Positions 13,692 to 27,974 of a stretch of DNA of 64,000 bases are shown here, one piece after another. Numbering within the stretch: position 1 is the first letter of the stretch; every line of letters starts with the position of its first letter. The notes beneath the pieces were generated by a model, which worked only from the letters and a program-made list of their open reading frames with translations, was not told the DNA's origin and did no database searches. Location: the NCBI RefSeq assembly GCF_009914755.1, contig NC_060947.1; one strand, written 5' to 3'. A program made the translations under genes and the position numbers. This DNA comes from the human T2T-CHM13v2.0 reference genome, Homo sapiens.

Positions 13692-14275
13692 TGTGATGGT
13701 TAATACTGAGTGTCAACTTGATTGGATTGAAGGATACAAAGTGTTGGTCCTGGGTGTGTCTGTGAGGGTGTTGCCAAAGGAGGTTAACATTTGAGTCAGT
13801 GGGCTGGGAAAGGTAGGCCCATCCTTAATCTGGGTGAGCACAATCTAATCAGCCACCAGTGTGGCTGGAATAAAAAGCAGGCAGAAAAACGTGAAGAGAG
13901 AGATGGGCCTAGCCTCCCAGCCTACATCTTTCTCCTGTGCTGGACGCTTCCTGCCCTCAAACATTGGACTCCAAGTTCTTCAGTTTTGGAACTCAGACTG
14001 GCTCTCCTTGCTCCTCAGCCTGCAGACGGCCTATATGGGACCTTGTGATCATGTGAGTTAATACTTAATAAACTCCCCTTCATATATATATACATATATA
14101 TGTATATGTATATGTATATGTGTATATATATATTTGTATATATATGTATATATATATACAAATACATATACACATATACATATACATATATACATATACA
14201 CATATACATATATATATATATGCACATATATATATTCCATTAGTTCTGTGCCTGTTTAGGATGCTAACTAATACA
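13692..14275 (+). mobile_element. MLT2A-like (HERV-L) solo LTR
   Basis: tgtgatggttaatactgagtgtcaacttgattggattg...ctaataca; 5-bp TSD gaact/gaatt. Confidence 0.93.
14081..14235. repeat. (TA)/(TATATG)/(CATATA) compound microsatellite
   Basis: Directly visible inside the MLT2 LTR. Confidence 0.95.
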
Positions 14276-14662
14276 GAATTGAAACAATAGCAAGAAAACA
14301 AATAACCCAATTAAAAAATGGGCAAGGACCTGCATACACACTTCTCCAAAGAAGACATACTAATGGTCAACAGGTATATGAAAAAAACTCAATATCACTA
14401 ATAATCAGGGAAATACAAATTGAAACCACAATGAGATATCACTTCACATTTGTTAGAATGGCTATATAAAGAAGATGAAAAATAACAAGTGTTGATGAAG
14501 ATATGGAGAAAAGAGAACCATTACACACTGTTGGTGGGAATGTAAATCAATGCAGGCATTATGGAAAAGAGTATGGAGGTTCCCAAAAAATTAAAGATAA
14601 AACTATCATACGATCCAACAATCCCACTATGGGGTATGTATCCAAAATAAATGAAATAAGTA

Positions 14663-15059
14663 TGTGTTAGCTCATGCTTGTGTTGCTATAAATACCTGAG
14701 GCTGGGTAATTTGTAAAGAAATGAGGTTTAATTGGCCCATGATTCTGCAGGCTGTAAAGGAAGCATAGCACTGGCATCTACTCAGCTTCTGGTGAGGGCT
14801 TCAGGAAGCTTACAATCATGTCAGAAGGTGAAAAGGGAGCAAACCTCTCACATGGCAACAAAGGGAGTAAGAGAGAGGGAGAGGCACCATACATTTTTGA
14901 ACAACCAATTCTCATGAGAACTTACTCAGTATCACAAGGACAACATCAAGCCACGAGAGATCTGCCCCCATGACCCAAATATCTCCCACCAGGCCCCACC
15001 TCCAACACTAGGGATTACATCTCAATATGAAATTTAGAAGGGACATCCAAAGTATATCA
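14663..15059 (-). mobile_element. MSTA/B-like solo LTR
   Basis: TG...CA ends; perfect 5-bp TSD aagta at 14658-14662 and 15060-15064. Confidence 0.92.
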
Positions 15060-17189
15060 AAGTATGTCAAAGAGAACATTCCCATGTTCACAGAAGCATT
15101 ATGCACAAGAGCCAAGAAGTGGAATCAAACTAAGTATCCATCAACAGATAAGTGTATAAAGTAAATATCTATATATACAGAATGTAATATTATATACCTG
15201 TAAATGAGAAGAAAATCCTTTTATTTGCAGCAACATGGATGAATCTGTAGGATGCTATGTTAAGTGAAATAAGCCAGACACAGAGAGGCAAATACCTAAT
15301 AATCTCCCTTGTATGTGGAATCTTAAAAAGTTGAAACCATAAAAGCAGAGTGAAAAATAGTGGTTACTGGGGGCTGGGGGTGAAGGGATTGGGGTGATGT
15401 TGGTCAAAGGATACAAAATTTCAGTTAAATAGGAGGAATAAGGTCAGGAAATCTATTGTAAAACATGGTGACTATAGTTAATAACAATTTATTGTATTCT
15501 TGAAAATCAAAGAGAGAATAGATTTTTACTGTTCTTACCACAAAAAAGATAAGTATGTGAGGTGATGTATATGTTAATTAGATTGTGTTAGTCATTCCAC
15601 AATATATACCTATTTGAAAACATGTTGCACATGATAAATACATACAGTTTTTATTCATCAATTTAGATAAATAAGAAACACTTTCACAATTATTTAAATA
15701 GGGGATTGGTATGAGCAGCAAGAAATCATAGAAAAAGAAACATGGAATAGCATTTCAAAATTTATGTTCCTGACATGCATATTTACTAGTTTTAACTCCC
15801 CGTGCTGTGTTGCACCACCATGAATTTCACATGGTGATAGTCTGTATATTTTCCTTTTCTGTCTGGCCAATTACTCTTTCTGCAAAAATTAGCCTCCCCA
15901 GTCCCAACCTCTCTTCCTCTCTGCTCCCATAGTATCCTCTGAGGATAAGTCTATTACCATTAGACTTCCCCTATTAGAATTTGGAGTCCATAAGAGACTA
16001 CTTTGATCATTCCAGTATTCCCAGCCCTAAGAGTTCTGTAAATGCTTAGAAAAAAATAGCTGATGGTGTATAGTTCACTCAGAGCCTTGGAAGAGTGAAG
16101 GCAAACCTTGTCTTGTGCCTCCACCCAGTGCATTTTTATTCTGGTATAATAAATTTACAATGAACATTAAGAAAAATAATTTAGGAGACACAATGTCAAA
16201 AATGGTGGCATGTAGTTTCAGGGGTGAATATGAAAGGGGAGAAGCTAATTTAAATCATGTTGCCTTGATGATGGAAAGACTGGCTGACTGAGGAAGGTTT
16301 GTTTATGAGCACAAGGGTGGTTTTTAGCATTAACCAGGAAGGACACCTCTTTCAGTTACCATGAGAAGTGTGGAATACCCCCAAAAGAAGGTCAGGTTGT
16401 TCTAGGTTGGGTATGACATGGGGATAGCTCTCCAGGCATATGTGCAGTTGCCAAAGTTTAATGATGATATGAATGTATGGATTGATAAATGGATGGATGG
16501 ATGAATGGATAGAAGGAAAGATAGATAGACATAAGTTATCAACTGGGTATAATTAGATTTGACTAGATTACAAAATTCTAGTAGAAATAATGCATTATTA
16601 ACTAAGAAGCAGATTTCTTTTTAGGACAGACACAATCATGTTAAAATAGATTTTTAGATTCATAGAAAATGTATTCATAGATTATAATTGAGCAGTTATG
16701 AGAAGAAAAATAATTGAGCATGAAGTGAGCAATCTGACTTATTTAGTAAACAGAGAGTAATTATTGAGCTTTGATGGTTTCCAAAGCAAGCAACTCTTAT
16801 AGTTATGTCTATCAAAGCTGATAAGAACATAATATGTTGTGATTTTAGTGGATTAAAAATCAAATTGCCTAGTGGGATCCTCCTTCTAATTCTTAGGATT
16901 GATGATATCTATGCCAAGTTAATGGAAGGAGGCATTCATTGAGTGTTGCCCACACATTAAAAAGTAGAACTGATAGACTTTTTAAATATCCTGTAATTCC
17001 AGTAGAGTTTTGGTTTCTGATCATTTTTCTTTGAGGAAAGTTACTGAGCTACGTTATATTCTGGACCATATAAAAGGAGATTTTTGTACAGGACTTTTGT
17101 GTGTAGTTATAAAAACCAAGACACACCCCCACATGTACTCCTCCTGGTTGTGAATTAATCACAACACAATATTTCATTGCACTTTGTAC

Positions 17190-17568
17190 TTTTAGAACTG
17201 CATTATATTATATCTCACATCTCTGTCTGTTTCTTCCACTAGATTAAAACTTCAAGTCCATGTACCTGGAACTGTGCCTGGAACATAGTCTTTAACTTTT
17301 CTTCTTAAACAATTCAGCTCAAAAGTTAACCCTGATGCTCCTCTAAAACAGTTAATTGTCTCCACCTTATGATTCTATCATACTTCATTCATAATACTGT
17401 TCAGGTACTTAGCCCATTGTACTATTATTTATATAGACATCCTAATTCCCTATTGAGCAATTACCTACTGAAGGGAAAAGATGCCAAATATTTATGATTT
17501 TTGTCCTTAGCACCTAACATAATGTCTGCCACATAGTAGGTACTCAATAAATATCTGTTGAATTAAAA
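17190..17568 (+). mobile_element. L2 3'-end fragments
   Basis: tagcacctaacataatgtctgccacatagtaggtactcaataaatatctgttgaatt is the L2 terminus. Confidence 0.75.
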
Positions 17569-17581
17569 TGTAGTGAATAGT

Positions 17582-17890
<309 letters not shown>

Positions 17891-18385
17891 CTACCGAGAT
17901 AAAAATGAAACTCCCTGAAATATGATTCAAGTTCAGAATAGGAAATATAAGTAAATTCCAACTTTCAGGGGTAATTATTAGTACTGGAAGGCAAATGCTT
18001 GATAAAAGATCAAGCAGCAACTTCACTAGAAAATGATCGTGCATTCTTTGGTCCTGCTAAAAGGCGGCCACTATGTTGGCATCATTTTGCATTATTTATT
18101 GCAGGAATAAATTTTTAATCAAGGATCTCCCATAAAATTTGATTGTTTAGTATATCTTAAAATCTATAATTCAAATCTAAAAGCTCGATGGATGGCAGAG
18201 CAAGATGACAGAATAAAACCATCCAGGGATTGTCCTCCACAGAAACATCAATTTGAACACTATCCATGCACAAAAAAATCCTTCACAGGAGCTCAGAAAA
18301 CCAGAGGAGAGATCACAGTACCTTGTTTTAGCATAATAACAAGAAAAGATGCATTGAAGAATGCAGGAAGGGTGGTTTTACATTA

Positions 18386-18912
<527 letters not shown>

Positions 18913-19837
18913 CTAGATTTGCCTTGGTGCCAGACATGAACTTGTGACACCAGTGGTATGGATTCATATTCCAGCCCACATCACCACTAGCCAATAACAG
19001 CAACCTCAGGCTCTGAATAAACCTCAGCAGAAGGTTCAGCCTTAGGTGGATCCCAGTACTGCACTGGTCTCAGCAGCTGTGGTCTTCAGGTACACCTCAA
19101 TATTGGCTTAGCCTCAGTGGGTGTGGAATTGCCCACTTCACCCCTTTCCTAGCCCCAGGTAGCACTGCATGGAGAAAGACACCATGTGCTTGTGGGAAGG
19201 AAAAAGAGGTGGCATAGAACATCACCTTGCAACCCAGTACTGACTTGCTTCAGTAAAACTCAGCACAGGGCAGGGCCCCTCAGTCCCTGATACAAGGCTG
19301 GTGCCCATAAATGGAGCCTCTAGGCCCACCCCAGTGCCAAACAGGAGCCTGCAGCCCCAGTGGAATGGACTTTCGTTACAACCCACATTACCACCAGCCA
19401 GCTACAGCAGACTTTGGCCCTAAATAAACTTCAGTGGAGGGCAGGCTGCAGTAGCCACATACCTTGGGTACATCCCAGTGCTATACTAGTCTGAAGAGCT
19501 GTGAGCTTTGGGTGCAACACAGCACTGTGTCAGACTCAGTAGTGAAAGGATTCTAGCTCTGGTGGTCCTGGGCTTGAGGTGCCCCTAGTGTTGCAACGGT
19601 TGAAGTGGTCATTGCTTAGGGTCATGGGTTACCAGTCAACCTGCCCTGTTTCTCTGAACAGGCTTACTTCTGAAGGAATCTTACAAACAAAGCCAGGCTT
19701 TGAAGACTGAATTAGGTGCCTATGTCAATGCTCAGACAACAATGCACAGCCACAAGGGGCAAGATCAAACAGGGAAGTATTACATCACCAAATGGACAAA
19801 ATAAGGCACCAGTGACTGAGTCTAAAGAGATGGTGAT

Positions 19838-20495
19838 AGATCTTCAACAAAGTCGATAAAAACAAGCAATGGAAAAAGGATTCACTATTTAATAAATGGT
19901 AATGGGATACCTGGCTAGCCATATGAAGAAGATTGAAAGTGGAACCTTTCCTTATACCATATACAAAAATCAACTCAAGATACATGAAAGACTTAAATGT
20001 AAAACCTAAAATTACAAAAACTCTTGAAGAAAATCTAGGAAACATCATCCTAGACATAGGCCCTGGCAAAAATTTTATGACAAAGACACCAAAAGCAATT
20101 GTGACAAAAACAAAAATTGACAAATGGGACCTAATTAAACTAAAGGATTTCTGCACAGCAAAAGAAACTATCAACAGAGTAAATAGACAACCTACAGAAT
20201 GGGAGAAAAATATTTGCAAACTATGCATCTGACAGTGGTCTTATATACAGAATCTGTAAGGCATGTAAATAAGTCAACAAGCAAAAACCAAACAACCTCA
20301 TCATAAAAAGTAAGCAAATGACATGAACAGACATTTCTCAAATTAAGACACACATGTGGCCAATAAGCATGAAAAAACACTCAAATCACTAATCATTAGA
20401 GAAATGAGAACCAAAACCACAATGAGATAACATCTCACACCAATCAGCATGGCTATTAGTAAAAAGTAAAAAATAAATAAAAAATAAATAAAAAA

Positions 20496-20530
<35 letters not shown>

Positions 20531-21200
20531 CAGGTGCTGGCAAGGCTGTGGAGAAAAGGGAATTCATATACACTGCTGGTGAGAATGTAAATTAGTTCAG
20601 TCACTGTGGAAAGCAGTTTGGTGATTTCTCAAAGAACTTAAAACACAGCTACCATTTGACCTGGCAATTCCATTTTTGGGTATATAACCAAAGGAATATA
20701 AATAATTCTACTATAAAGACAAACGCATGCATATGTTCATCGCAGCACTATTCACAATAGCAATGATAGGAACTCAACCTAAATGCCCATCAGTGGTTGA
20801 CTGGATAAAGAAAACGTGGTACATATGCATCATGGAATACTATGCAGCCATAAGAAATCATGTCTTTTGCAGGAACATGGATGGAGATGGAGGCCATTAT
20901 CCTAAGCAATGTTTCTACAAAGTAATGCAGAAACAGAAAACCAAACACTCCATGTTCTCATGTATAAGTGGGAGCTAAACACTGAGTATACTAAATACAA
21001 AGAAAGGAAACAAAAGACTCCAGGGCCTATTAAAGGGTGGAGGGTGGGAGGAGCATGATGATTGAAAAACTACCTATTAGATACCATACTTATTATCTGG
21101 ATGATGAAATAATCTGTACACCAAACTCCCACGACACACAATGTTATCTATAGAACCAACCTGCACATGTATCCTGGAAACAAAAATAAAAGTTAAAAAA
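19838..21200 (+). mobile_element. 5'-truncated older L1PA nested near the start of host ORF1; contains an (AAAT)n expansion at 20461-20530
   Basis: ORF2 C-terminus ([19 protein letters not shown]), 3' UTR and tail; approximate TSD aaagagatgg/aaagaggtgg. Confidence 0.88.
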
Positions 21201-23129
21201 AGAGGTGGACTTGGAAGAAATGCCTGATAAAGAGTTCAAAATAGCTGTTTCAATGAAGCTCAGCAAACTTCAAGAAAATTCAGATAAGCAATACAAAAAT
21301 TTATCAGAGAAATTTAACAGATATATTGAAATAATATTTTTTTAAAACACAAATGCTGGAAGTTAAAAATATAAGAAACAAAATGAAAAAATGCAATGGA
21401 GAACATAGTAGCAGAATTGGCCAAGCAGAGGAAATAATCTGTGAACTGGAAGACAGACTAATCGAAAATATACACTAAAGGAGAGAAAAAGGATGTAATA
21501 TAAAGGAATGAAGAAAGCTTACAGGAATTATAGGACAACATCAAAAGAGCAAACACATAGGTCATTGGAGTTCAAAAGAAAAAAGATAAAAAGAAAGGTA
21601 AAGAAAGTTCATTTAAAGAAATAATAACAGACAACTTTCTAGACGTAGAAAAACATATAAATATTCAGGTACAGGAAGGCCAAAGACCTACAATCAGATT
21701 CAATTCAAGTAAGACACAAATAAGAAAAAACATATGATAATCAAATTGCCAGAGATCAAGGCAAAGAGAGGCTCTTGAAGGTAGCAAGAGAAAAGAAGGG
21801 AATCACAATATGTCTAACAGCAAAATTATCAGCAGAAACCTTACAGGCAAGGAGACAGTGGGATAATATATTCAAAGTGTTGAAGGGGAAGAAACTTCCA
21901 ACCAAAATTACTGTGTCCAGAAAAACTCCTTTAGAAATGAAGGAGAGGTAAATATTTTTTCCAGCTTAACAAAAGCTGAAGGCATTTATCACCACTAGAC
22001 ATGTCTTATAAGAAATACCAAAGAGAATTCTTCAAGTTGAAAGAAAAGGATGGTAACAAGAAAAATGAAAACATCTGAAAGTATGTAACTCACTGGTTAA
22101 AGTGAGTAAGCAGTCAAATTCTGAATACTGTAATAATGTAATGGTGGTGTGTAAATCACTTATATCTTTAGGATGACATTAAAAAACAAAACAATTAAAA
22201 ACAATAATAACTAGAATAATTTAAGGAAAATGCAGTATAAAAAGATGTGAATTGTGACATCAGGAATTCAAAATGTTTGGTTGGGAGGCAAAAAGTAGAA
22301 CTATTTTTCCTCTTTTTCTTTGTTGCAATCAAAGTTAATTTGTTATTAGTTTAAAATAACCTGTTAAAACTATAAGTTGTTTTTTATAAGCCATATGATA
22401 ATCACAAAGCAAAAACCTATAATTGGTGCACTAAAAATAAAAAAAACAAGGAATCAAAACATAGTACTAAAGAAAACTCACTTAATTACAAAGGAAGGCA
22501 GTAAGCGGGGAGAAAGGAAGAGAAGAGCTGCAAAACAACTAGAAAACAATGAAAAAAATGGCACTAGAAAGTCCTTACCCAGCAAAAATTACCTCGAATG
22601 TAAATAAATTTTCGAATTAAAAGACATGAAGTGGGTGAATGGATTAAAACAACAAGACCCAACTATATGCCACCTACAAGAGACTCACTTCACATCTAAG
22701 AATATACATAGACTGAAAATAAAGTGAGAGAGGAAGATATTTCATGCAAATGAAAACCAAAAGATTTGGGGTAGCTATACTTATACCATACATATAGACT
22801 TTAAGTCAAAAACTATAAGGAGACAATAAGTCATTATATAATGACAAAGGAGTCAATTCAGTAAGAGAATATAACAAATTTTAAATATACATGCACTCAA
22901 CATTGAAGTACCAAAATATATAAAGCAAACATTTGTAGATCTACATGGAGAGATAGACCATGATATAATAACAGTAGGGAACTTCAAAACCCACTTCCAG
23001 CAATGGACAGATCACCCAGAGAGAAAATCAGCAAAGAAATACTGGATTGAAATTGCTCTCTATACCAAAGGGACCTAACAGTCATTTACAGAACACTGCA
23101 TCCAAAACTACAAAACACACATTTTTCTC

Positions 23130-25447
23130 TGATATGGTTTGGTTCTGTGTCCCCACCCAAATCTCACGTTGAATTGTAATTCCCAGTGTTAGGGGAAGAC
23201 CTGGTGGAAGGTGACTGGATCATGGGGGTGAACCTACCTCATGCTGTTTTCATGATAGTGAGTGAGTTCTCATGAAATCTGATGGTTTAAAGAGTGTGTG
23301 GCACTTCCGCCCTCATTCTCTTTCTCCTGCCACCACTAGAAGGTGCTTTCTTCCCCTTCATCTTCCTCCATGATTTTAAGTTTCCTGAGGCCTCCCAGTC
23401 ATGCTTCCTGTTAGGCCTGTAGAACTGTGAGTCAATTAAACCTCTTTTCTTCATAAATTACCCAGTTTCAGGTAGTTCTTTATAGCAGTGTAAGAATGGA
23501 TTTAATATAGAAATTTGGTTCCAGGAAGTGGGGCATTGTTACAAAGACAGCTGAAAATGTGGAATTGACTTTGGACCTGAGTAATGGGCAGAGGTTGGAA
23601 CAGTTTGGAGGGCTCAGAAGAAGACAGGAAGATGTGGGAATGTTTGGAACTTCATAGAGACTTGTTGGATGGTTGTGATCATATGTTGATAGTGATATGA
23701 ACAATGAAGTCCAGGCTGAGGTGGTCTTGGATGGAGATGAGGAACTTATTGGGAACTAGAGCAAAGGTCACTCTTGCTATGCTTTAGCAAAGAGACTGGC
23801 AGCATTGAGTCCCTGCTCTAGGGATCTGTGGAAATTTGAACTTAAGAGATGATTTAGGGTCTCTGGAAGAAGAAATTTCTAAGAAGCAAAGCATTGAAGA
23901 TGTGGCCTGGCTACTCCTAAAAGCCTATGCTCATTTGCATAAAAAAGAGATGGTCTGAAATTGGAACTTATATTTAAAAGGGAAGCAGAGCATTAAAGTT
24001 TGGAAAATTTGCAGCCTGACCATGTGGTAGAAAAAAAGTAAAATCCATTTTCTGGAGAGAAATTCAAGCTGGCTCCAGAAATTTGCATAAGAGGAGCCAA
24101 AGGTTCATAGCCAAAATAACGGGGAAAATGTCTCCAGGGCATTTCAGAGAACTTCACAGCAGCTCCTCCCATCACAGGCTCAGAGACATAGGAGGGAAAA
24201 TGGTTTTCTGGGCCAGTCCCATGGTCCAGCTGTTCTGTGCAACCTCAGGACATGGCAACCCATGTCTCAGCTTCTCTAGCTCCAGCCATAGCTAAAAGGG
24301 GCCAAGGTACAGCTCAGACCATGGCATCAGAGGGTGCAAGCTCCAAGCCTTGGCAACTTTCTCCTGATGTTGGGCCTGCAGGTACACAGAAGGCAAGAGT
24401 TGAGGTTTGGAAACCTCCACCTAGATTTCAGAGGATGTATGGAAATGCCTGAATGTCCAGGCAGAAGTCTGCTGCAGGGGCAGAGCCCTCAGAGAGAACC
24501 TCCACTAGGGCAGTGCAGAGGGAAAATGTTGAGTTGAAGCCCCCACACAGAGACTCCACTGGGGCACTGCCTAGGGGAGCTGTGAGAAGACTGCCACTGT
24601 CTTTCAGATCCCAGAATGATGGATACACCGACAGCCTGCACTGTGCTCCTGGAAATGCAGCAGACATTAAATGCCAGCCTGTGAAAGCAGCCTAAGTGGT
24701 TGTACCCTGCAGAGCCACAGGGGCAGCTCAAGGCCTTGGGAGACCACCCCTTGCATCAGCAAATCCTGAATGTGAGACACAGAGTCAAAGGAGATTATTT
24801 TGGAGCTTTAAGATTTAATGATTGCCCTGCTGGGTTTCAGACTTGCATGCGGCCTGTAGCCCCTTTGTTTTGTCCAACTTATCTCATTAGAATGGGAGCA
24901 TTTACCCAATGTCTGTATCCCCATCATACCTTGGAAGTAACTAACTTGTTTTTTATTTTAGAGGCTCATAGGCAGAAGGGACTTGCCTTGTCTCAGATAA
25001 TACTTTGAGCTTGGACTTTTGGGTTAATGCTGGAGTGAGTTAAGAATTTGGGGGACTATTGGGAAGGCATGATTGTGTTTTGAAATGTGAGGACATGAGA
25101 TCTGGGAGGGGCCAGGGGCAGAAATGATATGGTTTGGCCCTGTGTCCCCATCCAAATCTCATATTGTAATTCCCAATTTGGGGAGAGGAACCTGGTGGGA
25201 GGTGATTGGATCATGGGTACACATTTCTCCATGCTGCTCTTGTGATAGCAAGTGAGTTCTCACCAGTTCTGATGGTTTAAAAAGTGCGTGGCACTTCCCT
25301 CCTCACTCTCTCTTTCCCCTGCTGCCAGTAGAAACAGGTGCTTGCTTCCCCTTCACCTTCCACCATGTTTGTAAGTTTCCTGAGGCCTCTCATTCATGCT
25401 TCCTGTTAAGCCTGTGCAGCTGTGAGTCATTAAAACTCTTTTCTTCA
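23130..25447 (+). mobile_element. Near-complete THE1D/MSTA-type MaLR provirus (LTR 23130-23509, internal region, truncated LTR 25125-25447)
   Basis: Two direct LTR copies starting tgatatggtttgg; THE1-int sequence; polypurine tract gggaggggccaggggcagaaa before the 3' LTR. Confidence 0.93.
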
Positions 25448-25453
25448 AAATGA

Positions 25454-25823
<370 letters not shown>

Positions 25824-27559
25824 CTAGGACACTCTTTATGGTAGTGGTCTGGGCGAGGATTTTTTGGACAACGCCTCAAAGCCATAGACAATAAAAGCAT
25901 AAATAGACAAATGGGATTACATCAAATTTAAAAGCTACCGCTTGGCAAAGTAAACAATCAATAGAGTAAAGAGACCACCTATAGAATGGGAGAAAATATT
26001 TGCAAATTGCATCTCACAACACAACCTATATATCCACAATATAGAAGAAGCTCAAATAACCCAAAACAGAAAAAGAAAACAAATAATTTGTTTTAAAAAT
26101 GGGCAAAATATCTGAATAGGCATTTCTCAAAAGAAGACATACATATGGTCAAAAAGTAGAGACAAATTGCTCAGCATCACTAATCATCATGAAATGAAAA
26201 TCAAAGCTACAAAGTGAGATATTACTTCACCCCAATTAGAATGGCTATTATCAAAGACAAAAATTGCAAATGCTGGACAAAAGGGAACACTTATATATTG
26301 TCGATGGGAATATAAATTAATACAGTTGTTATGGAAAACAGTATGGAAGTTCCTTAAAAAAATTAAAACTAGAACTACCATATGATTCGGCAATCCTACT
26401 ATAGAGTATATATCAAAAGGAAATAAAATCAGTGTCAGTATATTTGAACTCCCATGTTTGTTGCAGCACTATTCACAATACCCAAGGTATGCAACCAACC
26501 TAAGTGTCCATCGATGAATTACTGGAAAGAAAATGTATTACGTATGCACAATGAAATATTCTTCTGCAAAAAAGGATGAAATCTTGTCATCTGTAACAAC
26601 ATGGATGAACTGGAAGACATAATGTTATGTGAAATAAGTCAGATACAGAAAGACAAATACCACATGATATCACTCATATGTAGAATCGAAAGAAGTTTAT
26701 CTCATAGGAGTAGAGAGTAGATTAGTGATTCCCAGAGGCTGGGGAGTGTGTGTCAGGGGATAGTGGTGGGTGAGATAGGGAGAGATTGGTCAACAGGTAC
26801 AAAGTTAGAGTTAGGAGGAATAAGTTCTGGTGTACTGTTGCACAGTAGAGTGACTATGGTTAACAATAGTTTATTGAATATTTCAAAATAGCTAAAAGAG
26901 AGAATTTTAAATGTGCTCACCACAAAGATATGAAAAGGTATAAAGTGATGAACATGATAGATACTCAGAGTTGATATTATGCAGTGTATACATGTATCAA
27001 AACATTACATCGCACCATAAATATGTAAAACTGATTTATCTGTGATTTAAAAATACAAATAAAAAATCTAAAAAATCATTTTGCTCCTCTTTATTGTTCA
27101 AAGCTAGTATATTAATAGGAATGATTATGATACAATCTAGAACTATTTACTCTTGTTTAATTAATTCAATTTAATTAGACATCTACAGAAGATGTTAGGT
27201 TGTATATAATTCAAGAAGGCATGATGAGGCTTCTTTTTTAGAAATATCTCACAAATAAAATTTAAAATCAAGAAAGAGAGAATTTAACTAGAAAGAAGCT
27301 AGCTTGAATCTAACCAAAAGGAAAGAGTCAGCAAAGTCAAACTAAGGAATACTATAGAGACTAAACTGTCTCTACTCTACAAAAAAATCAACTTCATTGA
27401 AGTAAAAGAAAGTCTGTAAAACTATTCAAGATTAGAGACTCAAGAGGTATTGGGAAAATATAATCCTCTAAAGGAGATCAATAAGACAGGAAAATAAATT
27501 ATAACACCCATTAGGATAAGGATCAGAAAAATAAAATTCTTCTGAGGATCAGGAAAATA

Positions 27560-27855
27560 AAATCCTCCAAAGGACATCAATAAGACAATTTGAGAAACTT
27601 GAATGAGTATGGAATATAAGATAATGCTATTGTATCAATAATAAATGCCCCAAATGGGATAATTATATTGTGTTTATGTAAAAAACATTTTCTATTTTTG
27701 GAGACACATGCTCCAATATTGGGGGGTGAGAACACATAATGTCTATAATGTCTTTGCAACTGACTCATGAAAAATAATAATTATGAATCTAGATTAATTT
27801 AGTCTTGCAAGTTTTCTGTACATTTGAAATTTTTAACACAAAAAATTTAAAATAA
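27560..27855 (+). mobile_element. Old L1ME-like 3' UTR fragment
   Basis: attagataat..attgtatcaat..aaat...cttgcaagttttctgtacatttgaaattttt pattern. Confidence 0.55.
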
Positions 27856-27867
27856 GAAGAATAAATA

Positions 27868-27974
27868 GTGCTTGCTTTGGCAGCACATATACTATAACTG
27901 GAAGGATATACAGAAGATTGCCATGTCCCCTGTGCAAGGATGACACTCAAATTCATAAGGCATTCCATATTTTT
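27868..27974 (+). pseudogene. RNU6: Full-length U6 snRNA retrocopy (5' part of a U6/L1 chimera)
   Basis: gtgcttgctttggcagcacatatact...acagaagatt..catgtcccctgtgcaaggatgacactcaaattcat..cattccatattttt matches U6 with substitutions; ACAGAGA box damaged. Confidence 0.95.

Larger units (their letters stand above)
11087..15675 (+). mobile_element. 5'-truncated L1MA/MB (ORF2 to 3' UTR) hosting an Alu, an MLT2 and an MST insertion
   Basis: YIRKEERSQIN..KSWF..INKIDKTLAR ORF2 remnant, RT homology, L1M 3' UTR at 15300-15670. Confidence 0.9.

Noticed and set aside
14015-14310. Y/I-rich ORFs (also 49033-49499, 20343-20604)
   Set aside because: Stop-free microsatellite translation artefacts
23385-23405. 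PRDM9 hotspot motif in the THE1 LTR
   Set aside because: Reads cctcccagtcatg, not the CCTCCCTNNCCAC form found in THE1A/B
24083-25008. Cluster of overlapping GC-richer ORFs
   Set aside because: Decayed MaLR internal region with no intact long frame
27868-27974. Functional U6 gene
   Set aside because: Many substitutions, damaged ACAGAGA box, no recognisable upstream PSE, and it sits inside a retrotransposition TSD
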